In this document: in pieces, positions 53,896-59,378 of the stretch
Layout of the letters: each line of letters opens with the position of its first letter
How positions within the stretch are numbered: the first letter of the stretch is position 1
Assembly: GCA_023300125.1 (NCBI GenBank)
Contig: JALZVY010000091.1
Span: 1 to 59,378 of the forward strand
From: Phycisphaera sp.
GTDB taxonomy: Bacteria; Planctomycetota; Phycisphaerae; Phycisphaerales; Phycisphaeraceae
Length of the DNA stretch: 59,378 nucleotides
Reading direction: 5' to 3'
Notes under the pieces: model-generated
The model's input: only the letters and a program-made list of their open reading frames with translations
Told to the model about the DNA's origin: nothing
Database searches by the model: none
Program-made: the position numbers and the translations under genes

Positions 53896-53982
53896 CGGAG
53901 AGGAAGGGATTCGAACCCTTGGTACGCTTGCGCGTACACACGAATTCCAATCGTGCGCCTTAAACCGCTCAGCCACCTCTCC
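53896..53982 (-). tRNA. tRNA-Ser (GGA)
   Basis: GGAGAGGTGGCTGAGCGGTTTAAGGCGCACGATTGGAATTCGTG, long variable arm, GGTTCGAATCCCTTCCTCTCCG. Confidence 0.95.
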
Positions 53983-54091
53983 GGGTGGGGCCGGGTAGTT
54001 TAAGCCATCGTTCGGCCGCCCGCCACACGGCGGGTCGTGGGTGCGGCGAACAGCTACGATCTTGGATCCGCTCGCTTTGGAAGCTTCTCCC

Positions 54092-54847
54092 TTGTCTGAA
54101 CCTGTAAACCCGCCCCTTGCTGCCGACGACCCTGCCTGGAACGGCTACGTCGTCATCGACAAGCCGATCGGCCTGAGCTCGATGGACGTGGTGCGTCGGG
54201 TGCGCTGGTCGGCCTCGCGGGGGCGGGGGGTGAAGAAGACCAAGTGCGGCCACGCGGGCACGCTTGATCCGTTGGCCACGGGGGTGGTGATCTGCTGCGT
54301 GGGCAAAGCGACCAAAACGATCGACCGCTTCATGGGCCAGACCAAGGAGTACGAAGCCCAGGTTGATCTGAGCGCCTTCACGACCACTGAGGACCGCGAG
54401 GGGGAGCGCACCGAGGTGACGCCGGCTCGCGGCGAGCCGACCCACGCGGAGGTCGCCGCGGCCTGCGCGTCGTTTGTGGGTGAGTCGGTCGAGCAGGTGC
54501 CTCCACGATTTTCTGCCATTCACGTCGATGGCCAACGCGCCTACGCGTTGGCCCGCGCTGGTGAGGATGTGAAGATGCGCCCGCGGTGGGTGCGGATCGA
54601 CGCGGTGGACCTACTGGAATATGCCTGGCCGATCGCTCGTGTTCGGGTGGTTTGTGGCAAGGGCACTTATATCCGCGCCCTGGGCCGCGACCTGGGCGTG
54701 GCCTTGGGCACGGGCGGCCACCTTGCCAGTCTTCGCCGCACCGCCATCGGGCCTTACCGGGTGGAGGACGCGTTCCCGCTGGATCGCTATGGCCAAGAGC
54801 CGATGGACGTGGGGGACCTGCGGCCGGTGCCGGAAGAGGCGGAGTAG
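54092..54847 (+). CDS. truB: tRNA pseudouridine(55) synthase
   Basis: IDKPIGLSS.DVV, KCGHAGTLDPLATGV, PPRFSAIHVDGQRAY.LAR, CGKGTYIRAL.RD; start codon uncertain. Confidence 0.95.
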   Translation: MSEPVNPPLAADDPAWNGYVVIDKPIGLSSMDVVRRVRWSASRGRGVKKTKCGHAGTLDPLATGVVICCVGKATKTIDRFMGQTKEYEAQVDLSAFTTTEDREGERTEVTPARGEPTHAEVAAACASFVGESVEQVPPRFSAIHVDGQRAYALARAGEDVKMRPRWVRIDAVDLLEYAWPIARVRVVCGKGTYIRALGRDLGVALGTGGHLASLRRTAIGPYRVEDAFPLDRYGQEPMDVGDLRPVPEEAE

Positions 54848-54888
54848 CGGGGTTTTTGTGGACCCTCGGCGTGCGTGAGGGGGGTGCC

Positions 54889-56439
54889 TTAGGGCTGTTT
54901 TTTCGCGTCGGTGTCCGTCTCTGCGGTGGTTCCGCGGCGCATGCGGATGACGGTGTTGTTTTTGCCTTTGTCTTTCACCGGACCGATGGAACGGATGGTG
55001 CAGTGGGTGACGTTCTTTTCGAGGATGAGGGTGGCGGGGGTGTAGTTGGTGACCGTGGAGCGGGTGAGTTCTTTGCGTCCGCCGCAGGTTAAGACGTTGG
55101 CGGACCGGGGTAGGGGCTTGGTGGTGCCGTCGTGGAGGATGAAGGTGGTGCGGATGCCGGCGATCTCGCCCAGGTTGGATCGGGGGGTGAACTTCACGCC
55201 GTCGGCGGGGCTGAGGATGGTGACTTCGTAGAAGCTGTCTTCGGGGGTGTGGGTCCGCATCCGGAACACCGGGTTGTAGGACACGTCGGCGAAGCAGTTT
55301 TTGACGATGACCTTGCCACCGTCTTTGGCGGTGACGTCGAAGCTGCAGTCGCCGCCTTCGCGGACGGTGACGTTGTCGAGGGTGATGTCGCCGGTGCCAA
55401 AGAGCGCGACGCAGCCGCGTTGGCGCTCGACGACGGTGTTTTTGACGACGATGTTGCGCACGTCGTTGTAGGAACGGATGGCGTCTTCGGTGAGGGGGAT
55501 GACTTCGTTGCGGGGGATCGGCCGCTTGCCGCGGAACATGATGTTGTAGCCGTGCTCGTGTGCGACGCCGACTTTTTCGCGGTAGATGTCGCGGGTTTTG
55601 CGCAGTGCACCTGTGAATAAGCAGTCTTCGATGAGCGCGCCGTCCACGTTGTGGAAGTGGATGGCGTGGCCGAAGGCCTGGTTGTAGATTTTGCAGCCGA
55701 TGAGGGTGGTGTTGTTGGCGTCTTCGAGCGACATGAACGAGTGCTTGTCGAGGCGGGTGAAGGCCCCGCGCCCTTTGCCGTAGTAGTCGGAGTAGCCGTA
55801 GGGGCTAGAGCCTTTGACCAGAAAGGTGCAGTCGATAAAGCGGTTGTCGTCGTTGACGACTTCGAACATGTTGCCGCCGGAAAAGAAGTTGGGGTATTCC
55901 AGGTCGACGTCGGTGCGGAAGTAAGCGCCTTCGAAGGTGTTGCCGCGGCCGGTGACCCGCCAGTTGTCGGCCATGTGGGTTTTGCGGGTGAGCTTGCCTT
56001 TCAGTGAGCTGGGAATGGTGATGACCACGCCCCTCAGGTCGAAGTGGTTGTTGGACCCCGTGGCGGCGAAAACCTGCTCTTGGGTTGTCGTGGGGTTTTT
56101 GTCTTTTGCGGCGGTTCGGATCTTGGTGAAGGTCACCGGGGGGTCGATCTTGGTGGCGCGGTAGTGGCCGGGTTTGAGGCGGATTTTTTGATCGCTGTCT
56201 TTGATGGCGGCTTGAAACGCGTCGAGGGTGTCGACGAGGGTGAAGCCGTCACGGATCTCGAAGTCGTCGGTGGGTTCGGGCAGCGGCGGCGGGTCGCGCT
56301 TGATGATCTGCATCGGCGGGTTGCCGGCGAGCTGCAGGCCCAGGTCGATGGCTTGCTCCTGGGCCAAGCTGGAGGGGGCGAGGGCCATCAGGGTGCTGAT
56401 GCCGGCGGCGAATAAGGCCTTGAGGCGGGGGTGGAGCAT
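54889..56439 (-). CDS. Secreted right-handed parallel beta-helix protein
   Basis: Signal peptide; repeating beta-helix strands (NTFEG, NRFIDCT, TLIGCK, LIEDCL, VVKNT, TLDNVT). Confidence 0.75.
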   Translation of the reverse strand: MLHPRLKALFAAGISTLMALAPSSLAQEQAIDLGLQLAGNPPMQIIKRDPPPLPEPTDDFEIRDGFTLVDTLDAFQAAIKDSDQKIRLKPGHYRATKIDPPVTFTKIRTAAKDKNPTTTQEQVFAATGSNNHFDLRGVVITIPSSLKGKLTRKTHMADNWRVTGRGNTFEGAYFRTDVDLEYPNFFSGGNMFEVVNDDNRFIDCTFLVKGSSPYGYSDYYGKGRGAFTRLDKHSFMSLEDANNTTLIGCKIYNQAFGHAIHFHNVDGALIEDCLFTGALRKTRDIYREKVGVAHEHGYNIMFRGKRPIPRNEVIPLTEDAIRSYNDVRNIVVKNTVVERQRGCVALFGTGDITLDNVTVREGGDCSFDVTAKDGGKVIVKNCFADVSYNPVFRMRTHTPEDSFYEVTILSPADGVKFTPRSNLGEIAGIRTTFILHDGTTKPLPRSANVLTCGGRKELTRSTVTNYTPATLILEKNVTHCTIRSIGPVKDKGKNNTVIRMRRGTTAETDTDAKKQP

Positions 56440-56613
56440 TTCGTGGCTTCCCTGGGGAGTGGGTGTGTGTGGCGGGGGCATGCGCGGACGTTCAGGCGGC
56501 GGGTGCGCCGTATGCCGCAGGTCAAAGTATTAAAGCCGATAAAGGGGATGCGTCAAGAGCCTAGATGCCCGGGCGGTGTCGGTCGCCCGCCCGCGGGGTG
56601 TGTGTGCGGTGGG

Positions 56614-57639
56614 CTAGGTTTCGTTGGGGAAGTCTTTGGCCCCGGAGCTGCGGCCGGCCCAGCCCATGATGACCAGGCCCAGTTCGTAAAGCAGGTACAG
56701 GGGGATGGCCAGCACGAACATGCTGGTGAGGTCGGTGGGGGTGAGCAGGGCCCCGGCGGCGAAGGCGGCGAAGAGGGCGTATTTGCGAAACGGTGCAAGG
56801 ACACTGGCTTTCACCAGGCCCGACCAGCCGGCGACGAGCATGACCACCGGCAGCTGGAAGGCGATGCACACGCCCAGCATCATGTTGGCGGCAAATTTGA
56901 CGAAGGCTCCCAGCTCGACCCTTGGTGTGAGCAGGTTGTCGCGTTCGAGCGCGATCGAGCGGATGGCCTCGCCCACACGGATCTTGATTTTGCCTGCCCG
57001 GGCGTTGACCCACATGCTGCCGTTGGGGGCGTCGGCGGGGTCTTGGTCGAAGACGGGCAACGCGGGGGGAGCGGCGGCGGGGTCGTGGTCGGTGGTGAGG
57101 ATCGGGGCTTGGGGGGTGTAGCCCTTGAGCAGCAGGGCGGTGAGGGCGTTGGGGCTGCCCACGTCGACCGGGGGGTATTTGGTGGCGAAGTTCAGGAAAA
57201 AAAGCAGGCTGACGGGCAGCAGCAGGTAGTAGGTGAAGGCGACGCCCAGCGCGGTCATGACGGTGCTGAACGGCGCGAGCAGGTGGGCGGCGCGGCGCTC
57301 GTGTCGGTAGAGGCCGCCGGCGACGAAGCGCCAGCCTTGGAAGAGGATCCAGGGCGCGGCGAGCAGCACCGCGGCGATGAGGCAGACCGGCAGGTAGACG
57401 CTGGAGAAGCCGGCGGTGGGTTCGAGGGTTTGGGTGCCCGGGGCAAAGCCCATGGCGTCTTGGGCCTGGATGAGCGGGCGTGCGAGCCAGGCGATGAGGT
57501 TGAAGCCGAACCAGAAGGTGAGGATGGCTGCCAGCAGCACCCCGGCGAGCGACCAGATGATGCGGCGGCGCAGCTCTTCGAGGTGATCGCCCAGGGGCAT
57601 GGCGATCAGGCTGGCGTCGTCGGGCTGGTCGAGGGGCAT
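56614..57639 (-). CDS. tatC: Twin-arginine translocase subunit TatC
   Basis: MPLGDHLEELRRR, P.ILFQ.W.FV..GLY.HERR, FQLPV, RKYA, LTPTD, LYELG. Confidence 0.93.
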   Translation of the reverse strand: MPLDQPDDASLIAMPLGDHLEELRRRIIWSLAGVLLAAILTFWFGFNLIAWLARPLIQAQDAMGFAPGTQTLEPTAGFSSVYLPVCLIAAVLLAAPWILFQGWRFVAGGLYRHERRAAHLLAPFSTVMTALGVAFTYYLLLPVSLLFFLNFATKYPPVDVGSPNALTALLLKGYTPQAPILTTDHDPAAAPPALPVFDQDPADAPNGSMWVNARAGKIKIRVGEAIRSIALERDNLLTPRVELGAFVKFAANMMLGVCIAFQLPVVMLVAGWSGLVKASVLAPFRKYALFAAFAAGALLTPTDLTSMFVLAIPLYLLYELGLVIMGWAGRSSGAKDFPNET

Positions 57640-57746
57640 GGGGCGGGCAGTTTAGAGGGTGCGGGGTGGAGTGGGCGTGAGGGCCGAGCAAATCTTGCAC
57701 GATCACGGTGCGCCAGCCACTTTGAGCAGTGCAGGTTTGCTTTGAT

Positions 57747-57776
57747 CCCAACCCCTAACCCCTAACCCCTAACCCC
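57747..57776 (-). repeat. (GGGGTTA)3GGGG heptamer tandem repeat / G-quadruplex motif
   Basis: Plus strand cccaa cccctaa cccctaa cccctaa cccc. Confidence 0.9.
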
Positions 57777-57790
57777 GCCGCCGCAGGCGG

Positions 57791-58900
57791 CTACACAATC
57801 ACCATCGCGTCGCCAAAGGAGTAGAAGCGGTAGCCCTCTTGCACGGCTTCGTGATACCACGTGAGCAGTTGGTCCACGCCGACGCCCGGCAGGGCGGCGA
57901 CCAGGGCAAGCAGGGTGCTTTTGGGCAGGTGGAAGTTGGTGAGCAGGGCGTCGGTGTGCTGCCAGGTGAAGGCGCCGCGGGCCACGCGGTCGGGGGTGAT
58001 AAACAGGTGGGTTTCGGTGGCGAAGTCGTTGCTTGCGGGGTGGTCGGGGGGCAGGGATTCGATCGCGCGGACGGTGGTGGTGCCCACGGCAAGAATGCGG
58101 CGTCCAGCACGGCGTGCTTGAGCCAGCGCGGCGGTGGTGGCGGCGGGCACGCGCAGGGTTTCGCCGTGGATGGGGTGGTCTTCGAGCACATCGGTGCGGA
58201 CCGGGGCGAAGGTGCCCGGGCCGATGTCCAGGGTGACGCTGGCTTGCTGCACGCCTTGCCCGGCGAGGGTGTCGAGCAGGGCGGGGGTGAGGTGCAGGCC
58301 TGCGGTGGGGGCGGCGACCGAGCGTGGGGCAGGTTGTTGCTGGGCGCCGTGGGCGAAGACGGTGTTGTAGCGCTCGAAGTCTTCGGGGCGTTCGTCGGGC
58401 ACGCCCGCGCGGCGGCGTTGGGCCAGCAGGTAGGGCGGCAGGGGGGTGAGGCCCGCGGCGTCGAGCACCGCGGGGGTGTCTTGGCCGCCTTCGAGGGTGG
58501 CGGTCCAGCGGGCTTGGTCGTCGCGGGATTCCAGCAGCAGGGTGATGGGGGCTTCGGGGGATGCGCCCAGGGTGATGCGTTCGCCGGGTTGCAGCCGGCC
58601 GCCGGATTCGAGCAGCAGGGTCCAGCGGCGGTCGTTGTAGGCCAGCAGCAGCCCGCCCACGCGGCCGCCGGTGGCGGCGCGGGTGCCCCTGAGCCGGGCC
58701 CGCAGCACGCGGGTGTGGTTTTTGACCATGAGATCGCCGCGTGTCAGCAGGCCCAACTGCGGCAGGTCGCGGACGTGGGCGTGCTCGACCTTGGCGCTGC
58801 CACGCCGGCAGACCATGAGCCGGGCGCTGTCGCGTGGTTCGGCGGGCACCGCGGCGATCTGGTCGTCAGGCAGGGTGAAGTCGAGGGCGTCGGTCTGCAT
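57791..58900 (-). CDS. queA: S-adenosylmethionine:tRNA ribosyltransferase-isomerase
   Basis: DFTLP..QIA..P..PRDSARLM, PLPPY, YNTVFA, SVAAPTAGLH, GPGTF.PV, TNFHLPKSTL, YRFYSFGDAM. Confidence 0.96.
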   Translation of the reverse strand: MQTDALDFTLPDDQIAAVPAEPRDSARLMVCRRGSAKVEHAHVRDLPQLGLLTRGDLMVKNHTRVLRARLRGTRAATGGRVGGLLLAYNDRRWTLLLESGGRLQPGERITLGASPEAPITLLLESRDDQARWTATLEGGQDTPAVLDAAGLTPLPPYLLAQRRRAGVPDERPEDFERYNTVFAHGAQQQPAPRSVAAPTAGLHLTPALLDTLAGQGVQQASVTLDIGPGTFAPVRTDVLEDHPIHGETLRVPAATTAALAQARRAGRRILAVGTTTVRAIESLPPDHPASNDFATETHLFITPDRVARGAFTWQHTDALLTNFHLPKSTLLALVAALPGVGVDQLLTWYHEAVQEGYRFYSFGDAMVIV

Positions 58901-59015
58901 GGCGGGGCGGCTGGGCTGGGGGGAGGCAGGGGCGGTCGGGGATCTGCGTGCGGCGAAGGGGTAGTTATAGATCGTGACCGCGAGGGCGACGCGCAGGACC
59001 GGTAGGCTTACGCGG

Positions 59016-59378
59016 ATGGTCGGTTCTGCTTTGACATCTCAAGGCGCGTCGTTGGCGGCGTGGCGCGGCCGCCGCAAGCGGCGGGTGTGGGCGGTGGCGG
59101 GGCTGGCGCTGCTGGGGGTGTTGGTGTTGGTGGCGGCCGACCGCGGGGGTGTTTTTGGCCCCGCGGGGGCCGATCGGGGGCGGCTTGAGGGGCGATGGGC
59201 CCAGGTGGCCGAGGTGCGCGGGGGTGACGGGTCGGGGCCGGTGATTGAGCTTGCCCGCGGCCTGGAGATCGGGCTGTTGGGGGTGGCCGACGCGCCGGGG
59301 CAGGCTGTGGCGGCGGCCCAAGCGGGCGTGGAGGTAGGCGATACTGGCAGCGTGGGCACGGCGGTGCTGGATGCGCTG
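59016..59378 (+). CDS. Membrane-anchored protein, possibly degenerate thermonuclease-like (partial)
   Basis: Open frame to the window's end: basic RRKRR, TM, ADRGG, ...VAEVRGGD...IGLLGVAD. The weak resemblance to SNase VxDGD/RLxGVD lacks key residues. Confidence 0.45.
   Translation, partial: MVGSALTSQGASLAAWRGRRKRRVWAVAGLALLGVLVLVAADRGGVFGPAGADRGRLEGRWAQVAEVRGGDGSGPVIELARGLEIGLLGVADAPGQAVAAAQAGVEVGDTGSVGTAVLDAL

Overview
High-GC bacterial chromosomal segment. The 16S rRNA, DUF1559/PEP-CTERM content and gene set point to Planctomycetota, probably Phycisphaerae (inference). Housekeeping genes are hflX (partial), rpmB-dnaG-rpoD, trkA-trkH, an orphan nuoI, a flavodoxin, acpH, an LpxR-like barrel, kdgK, truB, tatC, queA, tRNA-Gly(CCC), tRNA-Ser(GGA) and a stand-alone 16S rRNA gene with a duplicated promoter. 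Accessory content includes a glycosylation cluster (GT2, two GT-C-type enzymes, a Wzc-like protein), a YqiJ-like/flotillin/giant AAA+ ATPase operon, a hybrid kinase/response regulator pair, and a LacI-prepilin(DUF1559)-PEP-CTERM-GH10 glycan locus with two identical palindromic operators. The most striking unexplained structure is a 501-bp cassette (19596-20096). It holds a GxxExxY PD-(D/E)xK nuclease gene enclosed by 48-bp inverted repeats, each with four CACAGAG heptamers, inserted between the flotillin stop and the ATPase start. It looks like a minimal transposase-free mobile element that could fold itself out of the mRNA. Other oddities are a tRNA-3'-end repeat, a perfect (GGGGTTA)3GGGG G-quadruplex motif, a candidate sRNA and several apparently leaderless genes. 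All calls come from motif recognition by eye; no database searches were run.
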